Assembly: GCA_038843015.1 (NCBI GenBank)
Contig: JAWBSH010000003.1
Location: 133,343-197,342 of the forward strand
Source: Zestosphaera sp.
Lineage (GTDB): Archaea; Thermoproteota; Thermoprotei_A; Sulfolobales; NBVN01
DNA length: 64,000 nucleotides
Reading direction: 5' to 3'
How positions within the stretch are numbered: position 1 is the stretch's first letter; each line of letters opens with the position of its first letter. Made by a program: the position numbers and the translations under genes. Under the pieces are notes generated by a model. It saw nothing but the letters and a program-made list of their open reading frames with translations, did not search any database and had not been told where the DNA came from. Positions 37,540 through 47,163 of the stretch are shown here, piece after piece.

Positions 37540-39668
37540 ATAAGCTGTACTGAGACCTCTGTAGTGAAGGGCAGCTCATTAACGTTGATGGATTTTTTCT
37601 CTGCGAGTTCCTGCAGTATGTAGTCACCGAATAGAGTCAGGTGTTTAGAAAGGTTGTTGAGGACTGCTAACCTTTCTAGAGTTAATGAAGTGTTTTCAAG
37701 TACTGTAGGTAATTCAGCAAGTAAGTTTTCAAAACCTTCCATGAGGTTTGCGGGAGACCGGATAGCGTCTCTGCTGAGCTTGGACCTAACAAGGTCTATA
37801 TTCCTCTTCATTCTTCCCAACAACATGTCTTCTATCTCCACGTCCCCTCCGTAAACAGCTTTTATTTTTAGGCTTACTTTCTCCACGTCCGTGATTAACG
37901 TGTTAATTAACTCGTCTATGATGGTGAGTAAGTTGTTGTACAAGATAGAATATCTTCTCAGGTAAGAAATCACTTCTAACTCACTCACTATTCCGGGGAT
38001 CTCGTCTAGCTCGTTATACAGTTTCTCTAAGACTGCTGAAGCTTCAAGTCCTTCTAGAGGCTTCTTCTTTAATTTCCTCACCTTGTCAGTAACTAGTCCT
38101 TTGGCTTGTATCAACCTATTATGTAGTTCCCTAAGCTTAGGTAGGGTTACGCTGATCATGTTATCATAGCTTTTTAGCATGAAGTATATATCTTCTAATA
38201 AAGATTTGCTAGACATGCAGTCTATCTTCTCTATTTTCTCAGTCTCTATAGGCGTTACAGACAATTGTTCTGACACGCTTATGTAAGTGTTTAGGACTAG
38301 GTTCTTAAGCACGGTGCAGCTCTCTCTCAATGTATTAGCTACTGAACCCACGTACTGAGGTATCTTATCAACTCTCTCTATCTCCTGAAATCTCTGAGCT
38401 CCTTCTCTGAGGCGGTCTCCGTAAGGAGTTGCTAAGACTAAAGCTACTACCTTCGAGTAGGTGATCAGTGCGTGAGCATACATAGACTTCATATGATCTG
38501 AGAGCTCAATCAACTGTTTTTCAGCATTCTTAAGAACGTCACTAACTAGCTGGAGCCTGCTTACGGGAACAAGCTTCTTTAAAATAATGGCTTTAGACAT
38601 CTCTAAGCTCCCCTTTATTACATTCAGTTTATTCTCGACTTCTTTAAGCGCGTCTTCAGACCATAAACCAGTCTTGCCCACTTCGTTATAGACTGTCGTG
38701 AGACTCTGCACCTCGCGTTCTAAGGCCCCCAGAACGGAACTCAAGTGTCTTCTTTTCTCTGACATTATTCTCAGATAAGCTACTGTCGCTGTAACAGAAG
38801 AGATTATTACGGCTACTAAGAAGGCTGAAGTCAAGTTATACTCTAAGTACCGGTAGAAAGGCTCTAGAAAAATTACAGACATAGAGATATAGAAAAGCCC
38901 GACAAACGTTAAGGAAGATATGAAGTATCTTATGACGATTATAGCTAAGTTGACTGTCTCCCTACCTACTAAGCTGTAAGATATTATGTTTATGAAGGAA
39001 GCTACAGTAAAGCTTATCAAGAGAGATACGTAGACTTGTGTGAACTCTGTTGCTGTGCCTATACTCATGTGAGGAACTCCTGTGAGGTCAGGTAACACGT
39101 AATAAAGACCTAAGAAGATTAGGAGCGAGAACATGAGGCTCATAATCCCTGAGAAATATGTTTTGAAGTTCTTGACAGTAACGACAGAGAGTGAGAGTAA
39201 CCATATAAACTCATAGACGCTGAGGCTAACCCCCCATAAGCCGTCTGTCAGAGCAAACGTAACGAAAAAGAATATAGGCAGGTGGACGCTCAACTCCCAA
39301 ATATTCAGTTTCGAGACTAGATTCCACGCAACCACAGCCGATAATAGGAGTGTTGAGAATAGCACGTAGAGACTCCCTAGCAACGGCAGCTTAATGCTGG
39401 GTAGTGAGAAAACTACGTTGAGGAGCAACATGTAGCTCACGAAGAGAGGCGAGAAAGCCAGCGAGTCATAGTAGGGTAAGTCCCTAGGATATATTAGGGG
39501 GGCGAGCAAAGTCAAGGTTATTAAAGCGCCTGCGAGCGGAATCCCTATAGGTTCCTTCATTAGGCCTAGCGCATAATTAGTCAGTACGATCCATAGAGAG
39601 ATTATGAGTGATGCCCAAATAACTTCTAGTCTAGACTTCTTAGCCCCGTCTAACTCCTGCCTGATCAT
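37464..39668 (-). CDS. hypothetical polytopic membrane protein (~10 TM) with ~430 aa cytoplasmic all-helical domain
   Basis: The hydrophobic N-terminal ~300 aa is followed by a long Leu/Glu/Lys-rich helical region. No nucleotide-binding or catalytic motifs were seen. The start overlaps the upstream stop (TAATG). Confidence 0.55.
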   Translation of the reverse strand: MIRQELDGAKKSRLEVIWASLIISLWIVLTNYALGLMKEPIGIPLAGALITLTLLAPLIYPRDLPYYDSLAFSPLFVSYMLLLNVVFSLPSIKLPLLGSLYVLFSTLLLSAVVAWNLVSKLNIWELSVHLPIFFFVTFALTDGLWGVSLSVYEFIWLLSLSVVTVKNFKTYFSGIMSLMFSLLIFLGLYYVLPDLTGVPHMSIGTATEFTQVYVSLLISFTVASFINIISYSLVGRETVNLAIIVIRYFISSLTFVGLFYISMSVIFLEPFYRYLEYNLTSAFLVAVIISSVTATVAYLRIMSEKRRHLSSVLGALEREVQSLTTVYNEVGKTGLWSEDALKEVENKLNVIKGSLEMSKAIILKKLVPVSRLQLVSDVLKNAEKQLIELSDHMKSMYAHALITYSKVVALVLATPYGDRLREGAQRFQEIERVDKIPQYVGSVANTLRESCTVLKNLVLNTYISVSEQLSVTPIETEKIEKIDCMSSKSLLEDIYFMLKSYDNMISVTLPKLRELHNRLIQAKGLVTDKVRKLKKKPLEGLEASAVLEKLYNELDEIPGIVSELEVISYLRRYSILYNNLLTIIDELINTLITDVEKVSLKIKAVYGGDVEIEDMLLGRMKRNIDLVRSKLSRDAIRSPANLMEGFENLLAELPTVLENTSLTLERLAVLNNLSKHLTLFGDYILQELAEKKSINVNELPFTTEVSVQLIWVLLMSRSDIEVYEGVIRLKEGGS

Positions 39669-40744
39669 TAAGACCCCCTCTCCGTCGTAGTCAGGAACTC
39701 TCTAGTCAGCTTCATTAAAGGAATCAATACTCTAAGGTCTTTTTCTTCCTCGCTTAGTATTGATGGAGCGTCCCAAACATCTTTTGACAACTTTATTATC
39801 AAGTCATCACTACTCTCACTAATAAAAATACGCACATAGTCTTCTGTCGTAGTTTTAGGAGTAAATGTTTTGTAGACTGCCCACCCACAGACCTTAACCA
39901 TTTCATTGATATTGACTTGATTTAGTAATTCCGCGTTGCCTTCTAGGTACGCGTATCCCATACTCCCAGCAAATATGGTTCCCCATGTAAGAAACTTAGC
40001 TAGTTGAGAAGCTCCAGCTAGGTTCTTTATTAGTAGTGAAGCCTCCTCGAGACTCAATAACGATACGAAGTATAAGTGTCTCATCTCTCTAGTGTCGGTT
40101 AGTAGGATTTCCTTGCCTAAGTTATCTGAATAAAGTCTTAAACCCCACCTAAGTAGTTCCTCAACTCCTTGAGGACTGAGATATCTATAGAATCTGTCAA
40201 TCCTTAGTACACTCACCCTATTAACTAGTCTTTCTTTCAAGACTTTAGCTAAAAACGTAACTAGGTTAAATCTATTAATGAGAGTTAGCTCTCTATCTAT
40301 TACGATCAAGGCTTCCGCCCTGCTAGCACTACTCTTGAGAGACCTGAAAACCTCAAGAGTCTTGTAAGCTACAGATAATTCCTTAGCTTGAACTCTAGAT
40401 ACCAGGAATAACTCCTCTACATCCTCAGTTATTAATGAGGGAAGAACACTCTCTTCGAAAGTTCCTTCTTGAGAAACTCCTTCTTTTAAGTAGCTTACCC
40501 ACATGCTATACTTATACGAGTCTTCAGAAGGTCTTGAAAGCACGTAACTATTAGGTTTAAAGAACTCTAGAGACTTTTCAGACCCTTCCTTAATTCTAAT
40601 AATTAGGTAACCTCTACTAACTAACGCCTCGCTTAAAATGTGTTCAATAAGTTGTGGCGCCATAATCACGGCTAACTTATTATGGTCTATGAAATCAAGA
40701 GAGCCCATAAAGCTCTCAAATATGTTCACAGACCATATACTCAC
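39668..40744 (-). CDS. hypothetical protein (first gene of orphan operon)
   Basis: 358 aa soluble protein with no recognisable motif. Coding is supported by its length and by coupling to the next gene. Confidence 0.5.
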   Translation of the reverse strand: MSIWSVNIFESFMGSLDFIDHNKLAVIMAPQLIEHILSEALVSRGYLIIRIKEGSEKSLEFFKPNSYVLSRPSEDSYKYSMWVSYLKEGVSQEGTFEESVLPSLITEDVEELFLVSRVQAKELSVAYKTLEVFRSLKSSASRAEALIVIDRELTLINRFNLVTFLAKVLKERLVNRVSVLRIDRFYRYLSPQGVEELLRWGLRLYSDNLGKEILLTDTREMRHLYFVSLLSLEEASLLIKNLAGASQLAKFLTWGTIFAGSMGYAYLEGNAELLNQVNINEMVKVCGWAVYKTFTPKTTTEDYVRIFISESSDDLIIKLSKDVWDAPSILSEEEKDLRVLIPLMKLTREFLTTTERGS

Positions 40745-40877
40745 TAAAACTCACCAACCCTATTAATATACTCGTAATTTCTATAAATAATCTTATTGAA
40801 CTCTTTAGGCCGCGTTGATCGCTACATCTAGGTACTTATTTTTAGTTTTCCTTAACTTGCTAGATTATGCGGAAGAA

Positions 40878-42155
40878 TCAGGTTCCAGTACAAACTTCCT
40901 CGACAGGCTCTCTAGCAAGCCTTTCTCTCAACGATATTATTAACTTTAACGCCTCAACAAACACTTCCACTTCTTCTAATGTGTTGTACACATAATAACT
41001 TGCTCTCACTGAGCCACTGAATCCTAGTCTGTAATGTAGTGGGTGAGCACAGTGCCCTCCAGTCCTTACGGCTATCCCGAAAAGGTCTAGTGCTTTACCC
41101 ACAGTATGGTGATGCAGGTCTTTAACGTTGAACGCTACTAGCCCTGTTCTCATGTGAGGGTCTTTAGGTCCTAGGACTATCACCTCATCACCTAGCTCCT
41201 TAAACTTCTTCAGAGTCTCATGTACTAGAATTACATCGTGCTCTCTCACGTTCTCCATTCCCAACCTCATCAAATACTTAGCCGCTTCCGCAAGTCCTAT
41301 CATGCCAGCAATATTTGGTGTTCCGGCTACGAACCTCCACGGTAGGTCGTGCCACACCACAGAATCTAGCGTCACGTCTTTTATAGTGTCACCACCGACT
41401 CTAAAGGGCTTCATAGACTCCAGAACGTCTTTCCTACCCCAAAGCACGCCGCTCCCAGTAGGTCCGAGCATTTTATGCCCGCTGAACGCGATGAAATCTA
41501 GTTCTAGTTCTCTCACATTTGTTGGAACGTGTGGCACGTACTGAGCTCCATCCCCTACAGCTATAGCTCCTACAGAGTGGGCTAATTTCGCAATTCTCCT
41601 CACGTCGTTTATTGTTCCAACGACGTTGCTTGCCATTGGGAAAGCAACTACTCTAGTCTTCTCACTAACAGCTCTCTCAAGCTCGTCGTAATTGAGTGTT
41701 CCCTCTTCTGTTACATTCACGTACTTAATTCTAGCGCCAGTCTTCTCAGCAACAGCTCTCCACGGGAGCATGTTACTATGGTGGTCCATGACAGTAACTA
41801 CTATCTCGTCGCCAGGCTTTAGATTATCTAGTCCCCAACCCCAAGCAACTAGATTTAATCCATCGGTAGTGTTAGATACGTCAATTATCTCTTCCCAGGA
41901 GTAAGCGTTTATGAACTTAGCTAAGACTTCATGTGCTTCCTCATATGCTTGACTAGCTTCTTGAGAAAGCGTGTGGAAGCCCCTGTGAACGTTGGCATTA
42001 TAATTGAAGTAAAACTTGACTATAGCTGCCACGACTTGCCTTGGTTTCTGAGTTGTGGCTGCATTATCTAGATATATGAGTCTCCTCCCGTTGATTTTGC
42101 GCTTGAGGATTGGGAAGTCTTCCCTAATCTTTTCAACATCTAACACGTTAGGCAC
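40878..42155 (-). CDS. sufS: cysteine desulfurase, SufS/CsdA-type (class V aminotransferase)
   Basis: PLP lysine motif FSGHKMLGPTG and active-site RTGGHCAHP. Length is 425 aa. Confidence 0.85.
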   Translation of the reverse strand: MPNVLDVEKIREDFPILKRKINGRRLIYLDNAATTQKPRQVVAAIVKFYFNYNANVHRGFHTLSQEASQAYEEAHEVLAKFINAYSWEEIIDVSNTTDGLNLVAWGWGLDNLKPGDEIVVTVMDHHSNMLPWRAVAEKTGARIKYVNVTEEGTLNYDELERAVSEKTRVVAFPMASNVVGTINDVRRIAKLAHSVGAIAVGDGAQYVPHVPTNVRELELDFIAFSGHKMLGPTGSGVLWGRKDVLESMKPFRVGGDTIKDVTLDSVVWHDLPWRFVAGTPNIAGMIGLAEAAKYLMRLGMENVREHDVILVHETLKKFKELGDEVIVLGPKDPHMRTGLVAFNVKDLHHHTVGKALDLFGIAVRTGGHCAHPLHYRLGFSGSVRASYYVYNTLEEVEVFVEALKLIISLRERLAREPVEEVCTGT

Positions 42156-42168
42156 CTCTAACTAGAAA

Positions 42169-42720
42169 TCAGCTTTCAGCGCTCTCCTTTCCCTTTAGCA
42201 ACTTACTTAGGAGACTTATGATCGTGTCTTCCTTACTTAATGGGGGCTTCACAGGCTCTCCTTTCAGAAACTTGCTGACTCTCTCTGGGAATGACGGGAC
42301 AATATTTTTTAAGTCTATATCGCTTAAGACTCCATCATATTTCTCTTTATAGGCTACCTTACCGTCAATCCAGCTCAGGAGAAGTGTTGTAGGGGATGAG
42401 TGAACATCAAAATATGTGAAAGTAGCTGAAGCAACTAACGACTCACAATCTCTAGCGAACCAATTACAGAGGACTATATAGAAACTAAACTCATTACTTT
42501 CACTACTTAAGCTCCTGACGAAAGGGAACCAGTATATGTCGTATCTCCTGCACGCGTGACACTTAGCATTATCAAAATACATTACCGCGTACTTATCTCT
42601 AGGTATGAAGGGGTCTATCCCCTCTATATTCAAATAAACCCACGTGTTTTCTCCTCTCAAATATTTATAGATGCCGTGTTTGTTTTCAGGAGTTATCTCT
42701 CTGAACTTCGAGTCACTCAC
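42169..42720 (-). CDS. thioredoxin-fold-like protein with CxxC motif
   Basis: The CHAC motif lies after a beta-strand-like VMYFDNAK segment. The gene is 13 nt downstream of sufS. Confidence 0.4.
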   Translation of the reverse strand: MSDSKFREITPENKHGIYKYLRGENTWVYLNIEGIDPFIPRDKYAVMYFDNAKCHACRRYDIYWFPFVRSLSSESNEFSFYIVLCNWFARDCESLVASATFTYFDVHSSPTTLLLSWIDGKVAYKEKYDGVLSDIDLKNIVPSFPERVSKFLKGEPVKPPLSKEDTIISLLSKLLKGKESAES

Positions 42721-42794
42721 TCAACTCACCAAAATAATAGGGTAAGGATTAGATTAAAATTAAATTAGTTTGAAGTAATTAACTAAGGTGCTTA

Positions 42795-44288
42795 ATGGTG
42801 AGTAAGATAGATAGAGTACTTCAGGAATACCCACCAAGGTATGGTCCTGAATGGGGTAGTGGAGGTATTTTTGGTCTTAAGTATTTTAAGGGAGTGCTTT
42901 ACTATACGCTCGCTTTTGAAGCTTCAGCATACTTCGTTGACGACGAGATATTAGAGTACAGGTTCAGCGAGTTAGGGCCTGGTCCCGCATCTGGTGGAGA
43001 CACTTACAATGCTGTAGACGTTGTTGACGACAAGATATTCTTTGGGGGTTGGGTACATAACCCCGCAGTATTTAAAGGTAAGAGAAATCACGCTGGTGAG
43101 ATAGATTTCAGGAATAAGTATAGTCACGTACACGAATATGACGTCAGAGAAAGAAAAGTGAGACTACTCTGGAAGGAAAGCATTCATGACGAGTTTAGGT
43201 GGGCTGGGGAAGTGTCTCAAATAATTTACGACCCGGTAAAGGACGTCCTGATTATAGGGAGGTCAGACGGCATGGAGAACTTAGGCGTTTATGAGTTAAG
43301 CAGAGACGGGAGAATTTTCAGTAAGTTAAGTGAAGTGCCGGCGCTTAAGGGCTCGCTATATCTTGATTATGCGTGCTTTGATATGCAGCCGGACTGGATG
43401 AGGGGAGTCGAGGGTATTCAGTGCTTAGATTTAGTTAGGAGAGTGTGGGTAAGGCACACTATAGAGGACTGGGCTGAAGTGTCACTAGACGGTTACGGAG
43501 TCTCGTACAGGACGTCTGGTTATGCCGCGAGCGCGTACACTAGGTATTGGCACTTCATGAGAGGAGGTGTTCTAGTCGGTAATCCTGTAGAGCCTGAAGT
43601 CGAGAAACCCACGTTTGTGAGGTTATTTGATTTCGGTATGAATGTTTACGCTCCGCACAGGAGCAACGCACTCAATTTAGGTGGCGGGATATTAGCAGTA
43701 TTTAACGCAAGCACTCACGGATTCCTACATCCGCACGAGAGTAGTTCTGGAGAAGCAGATCTTAGAAAGTATTTTAACACCGTAGTTGCGCCCACAGCAC
43801 TCGTCTACATAACGCCACCTCAAGCAAGAATAGTAGCTACGTTTGGAGCCAGAATAACTAGCATGACTAAGGCAGGGAGTAGAATACTCATAGCGTACAA
43901 CACTACCCCTAATCTCGGAGGTAAAGATTCAACGCCTGTAGACGGCGGTGTGAGAGGTATTATGTCCGTGGACGAGTACACTCTGTTAAGTAGTAGTAAC
44001 CCACCATTAACTATCAGAGTGCCTGGCTGGGCGGTAGGAAACGCTTGCTTTGGAGGCATACCACTTACAGGCTTTAAAGAAGCTGAGTTATTTGTGAGAA
44101 GCAGTAAACATAACGAGATACTCATTAATATCTACGATATTGGCTTGCCACCGCTAAATTACGGTTCTGAGAGACTTAAGTTGAGTGAAGGACTTAACAA
44201 AATAGACCTGAGGAGCTACAGAGATATAGTTTCTTTCAAGCTGGAGAAGCCTGACGAAAACGCATTAATCAACATTTACTTAAGATGA
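42795..44288 (+). CDS. hypothetical protein, probably beta-rich (propeller-like)
   Basis: 497 aa with no signal peptide or catalytic motif recognised. It is rich in G/W/Y beta-strand-like repeats and lies 48 nt upstream of hypD. Confidence 0.45.
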   Translation: MVSKIDRVLQEYPPRYGPEWGSGGIFGLKYFKGVLYYTLAFEASAYFVDDEILEYRFSELGPGPASGGDTYNAVDVVDDKIFFGGWVHNPAVFKGKRNHAGEIDFRNKYSHVHEYDVRERKVRLLWKESIHDEFRWAGEVSQIIYDPVKDVLIIGRSDGMENLGVYELSRDGRIFSKLSEVPALKGSLYLDYACFDMQPDWMRGVEGIQCLDLVRRVWVRHTIEDWAEVSLDGYGVSYRTSGYAASAYTRYWHFMRGGVLVGNPVEPEVEKPTFVRLFDFGMNVYAPHRSNALNLGGGILAVFNASTHGFLHPHESSSGEADLRKYFNTVVAPTALVYITPPQARIVATFGARITSMTKAGSRILIAYNTTPNLGGKDSTPVDGGVRGIMSVDEYTLLSSSNPPLTIRVPGWAVGNACFGGIPLTGFKEAELFVRSSKHNEILINIYDIGLPPLNYGSERLKLSEGLNKIDLRSYRDIVSFKLEKPDENALINIYLR

Positions 44289-44336
44289 AGTGTTATTAGC
44301 TTTTCCACCGAAGATTATCTAGCTAGTGATGAGTAA

Positions 44337-45473
44337 ATGGACTTAAGAACTAAGTTAAGGGAGCTCTTCGTTAAGAACCCTGAAACACCTAAAATAATTG
44401 AGCTAATAAGAGGGTTAGCTCAACGGCTAGGTGGGGAAGTAGTTAAGATAATGGATTTCTGCGGTACTCATGAGTGGACTATAACAAGCTATGGTTTGAG
44501 GAGTCTAATGCCTGAGAACGTGGAGTTGGTTGCGGGTCCTGGCTGTCCAGTATGTGTTACTCCCGGTCACTACGTTGAAGGCCTAGTTAAGCTGTCTCTT
44601 GAGGGAGTTAATGTCTTCACGTACGGTGACTCATTTAGGCTACCCTCACTCAAGGGAGCTAAGCCGAGGAATCTGGCTGAAGCTAAGATGTTAGGAGGTA
44701 AGGTTACGGTGATTTACAGCTTCCTGGATGCGATTAAGGAAGCTAATAAGAGGAGAAGTGAAGAGCATGTCTTCTTTGCTGTAGGGTTCGAGACTACTAT
44801 GCCTGCAGTGGCGGAGCCCGTATACAGTAGGTTACTTCCCGATAACTTAGTAGTCTTAAGCGCGTACAGACTCACGCCGCCAATCATGAGGTACTTGCTA
44901 GAGAACGTGCGTGAGGTGAGGATAGATGGTGTCATAGCACCCGGGCACGTCTCGGCCGTGATAGGATATAACGCGTGGGAATTCTTAGTGAGAGATTTTA
45001 ATATACCTACTGTAATTTCCGGCTTCGAACCTGTTGATGTTCTTCTAGCCATACTTGCGATACTTAAATGTAAGGTTGATGGTAAGCCAGCTCTAATTAA
45101 TGAGTATGCTCGAGTTGTTAAGCCGGGAGGCAATATTAGAGCCAAGAGAATAATTAATGAAGTCTTCGAGGTTGTTGACTCATACTGGAGAGGCATAGGA
45201 GTAGTTCCTTCTAGCGGTGCTTTACTTAAAGATAAGTTTAGAGATTATGATGCGTCATCAAGGTATGGAATAAGAGAAAAACCTGACTTCAGCGATGTCC
45301 TGCCTGGATGCAGGTGTGGTGAGGTGACGCTAGGTAAAGTGAAGCCTACTTCATGCCCTCTCTTCATGAAGTCTTGCACTCCCGAGAACCCCTACGGCCC
45401 CTGCATGGTTAGTTCAGAAGGCACTTGCAAGATATGGGCTGAGAATCTTCACGCCCTACTTACTAAGCTGTGA
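44337..45473 (+). CDS. hypD: [NiFe]-hydrogenase maturation protein HypD
   Basis: Motifs GPGCPVCVTP, GFETT, PGHVS and the C-terminal Cys cluster CRCGEV...CPLF...GPCMVSSEGTC. Confidence 0.9.
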   Translation: MDLRTKLRELFVKNPETPKIIELIRGLAQRLGGEVVKIMDFCGTHEWTITSYGLRSLMPENVELVAGPGCPVCVTPGHYVEGLVKLSLEGVNVFTYGDSFRLPSLKGAKPRNLAEAKMLGGKVTVIYSFLDAIKEANKRRSEEHVFFAVGFETTMPAVAEPVYSRLLPDNLVVLSAYRLTPPIMRYLLENVREVRIDGVIAPGHVSAVIGYNAWEFLVRDFNIPTVISGFEPVDVLLAILAILKCKVDGKPALINEYARVVKPGGNIRAKRIINEVFEVVDSYWRGIGVVPSSGALLKDKFRDYDASSRYGIREKPDFSDVLPGCRCGEVTLGKVKPTSCPLFMKSCTPENPYGPCMVSSEGTCKIWAENLHALLTKL

Positions 45474-45481
45474 GTTGAGGG

Positions 45482-46798
45482 GTGTTTAAGTTCTTGAGTT
45501 CGAAAGGAGAAGTCTCTAGGGTAGCTTTCCCGATACTTGTAGGAATGATCCCAGACTCAGTAATCAGTCTCGTAGGAATGATTACTGCATCAAAAATTGG
45601 TAGGGAAGCCTTAGCAGGTACTGGTCTCGCCTCATACTTGTTCATGATAGTAAATGCTGTGACTTCGGTTTTCATGGTAGGTTTACTAGTAATTACTTCT
45701 CAAGCTTATGGAGGCAATAACCTAAAATTAATTGAGAGAGCTTTCGGCGAAGCTATTACCGCGTCAGTTCTTTTCTCGGTCGCGGCGGTCGTGACCTCAC
45801 CTCTCTGGCTACCTACCTACATAAGCGTACTCTCAGGTGGTCAGGGAGTAGTTAGTGAGGTTGCCGTGACTTACTTAAGCTTAAGAATTCTCTCTATACC
45901 TGCCTTGATGCTTAACTCTGTGATAGCTACTTTATTCAGAGCTGTGGAGGAACCGTGGCCACCAACCTACTCCTCCATTAGTGTTGGCGTGATTAGTTCT
46001 GTTCTCGTGCCTTCCCTTGCCCTAGGTTACTTAGGGTTACCTGAGTTAGGAGTTTCTGGCATGGGTCTAGCCTCGGCAATTTCACAGTATGCTGGTTTGC
46101 TTGTGTATATATTTCTGAGACCCCCGATTAGGGTGAGATTATATGTGCCATCAAAAATAACGACTAAGATATTAGCTGTGGGAGTTCCTGCCTCTATAGA
46201 GAGATTTGTTGGGAGTGCGGGACATAATATATACATAAACGCTGTTGCTAGGTCAGGTATTGACGCTCTAGCGGCTCATAATATAGGGTTAAGTGTGGAG
46301 AACTTAATCATAGGTCCTGTCTTCGCAGTAAACATAGCTGCTTCTACTAAGGCAGGACATCATGTAGGCGCTAATAACGTTGAAGACTTAGACAAGATAA
46401 CCAAGGAAGCGCTAAAGATCGGTGTTGTTTGGATGTCTGCCGCTACGGCAGTACTTATTGGTTTATCGCCGTTCATCGGAAGCTTCTTCACGAGTAGTGA
46501 GGAAGTCGTTAGGTTAGTTATGGCTTACTTAATTATGGCTGCTATATCGGAGGTTGGGCTTGGCGCCTCACAGGCACTCTACGGCATATTCAGGGGTATG
46601 GGGAGTACTTGGGCACCGCTCGTAATAAGTTCTACTACTGTATTGTTATTTAGAGCCATGTTAGCTCAGGTTCTCCAACCAATTTACGGTGTTTATGGCG
46701 TCTGGTTTACTCAGATAACTGATATGTATGGGCGACTCCTCATATCCTACTTTATGTACGTGAGACTTAAGTCAAGACTTCTTGTCAAGGTTGTATAG
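45482..46798 (+). CDS. MATE-family efflux transporter
   Basis: 438 aa with 12 TM helices and the two-fold repeat typical of the MATE/MviN superfamily. GTG start 9 nt after the hypD stop. Confidence 0.7.
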   Translation: MFKFLSSKGEVSRVAFPILVGMIPDSVISLVGMITASKIGREALAGTGLASYLFMIVNAVTSVFMVGLLVITSQAYGGNNLKLIERAFGEAITASVLFSVAAVVTSPLWLPTYISVLSGGQGVVSEVAVTYLSLRILSIPALMLNSVIATLFRAVEEPWPPTYSSISVGVISSVLVPSLALGYLGLPELGVSGMGLASAISQYAGLLVYIFLRPPIRVRLYVPSKITTKILAVGVPASIERFVGSAGHNIYINAVARSGIDALAAHNIGLSVENLIIGPVFAVNIAASTKAGHHVGANNVEDLDKITKEALKIGVVWMSAATAVLIGLSPFIGSFFTSSEEVVRLVMAYLIMAAISEVGLGASQALYGIFRGMGSTWAPLVISSTTVLLFRAMLAQVLQPIYGVYGVWFTQITDMYGRLLISYFMYVRLKSRLLVKVV

Positions 46799-46803
46799 GT
46801 TTT

Positions 46804-47116
46804 AAGACTGTCTATAGGTTGTTTTGGTTGTTTCTATGGATTCCGAGAATTATCTAGGATATAAATGATTAAGTGTTTGAGTGTTTTTGGAGTCTGTGAG
46901 CTGATGAGTCGTTGGTAAGGGACGAGACTCTGTGAATCACTCTTCGCTGTAGGAGTTGGGTGAACTGCTGGCGGTAGCTGGAGACGTGCTCTTGCAGGCG
47001 GGGTGGGAGAAGAATAAGCTGTCGAGAAGTAGAGGGCTGGGAGGCTGAATACGAAATAACATGAAAACCTGTGAAGAGCCGTTCACCGAGAAACGACTTT
47101 AGCAAAACACTTGTTT
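46804..47116 (+). ncRNA. GC-rich structured intergenic element, copy B (same family as A)
   Basis: AAGACTGT leader 6 nt after the MATE stop. The core block at 46898-46947 is 43/50 identical to 28074-28123, with a C:G to U:A compensatory change. 5'/3' closing complementarity runs GTGTTTT...AGTC with GACT...AAAACAC. Confidence 0.55.
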
Positions 47117-47163
47117 GTAGCCTTATTAGTCATTTACTGTATCATTTGTTGGTGACTTGAGTA

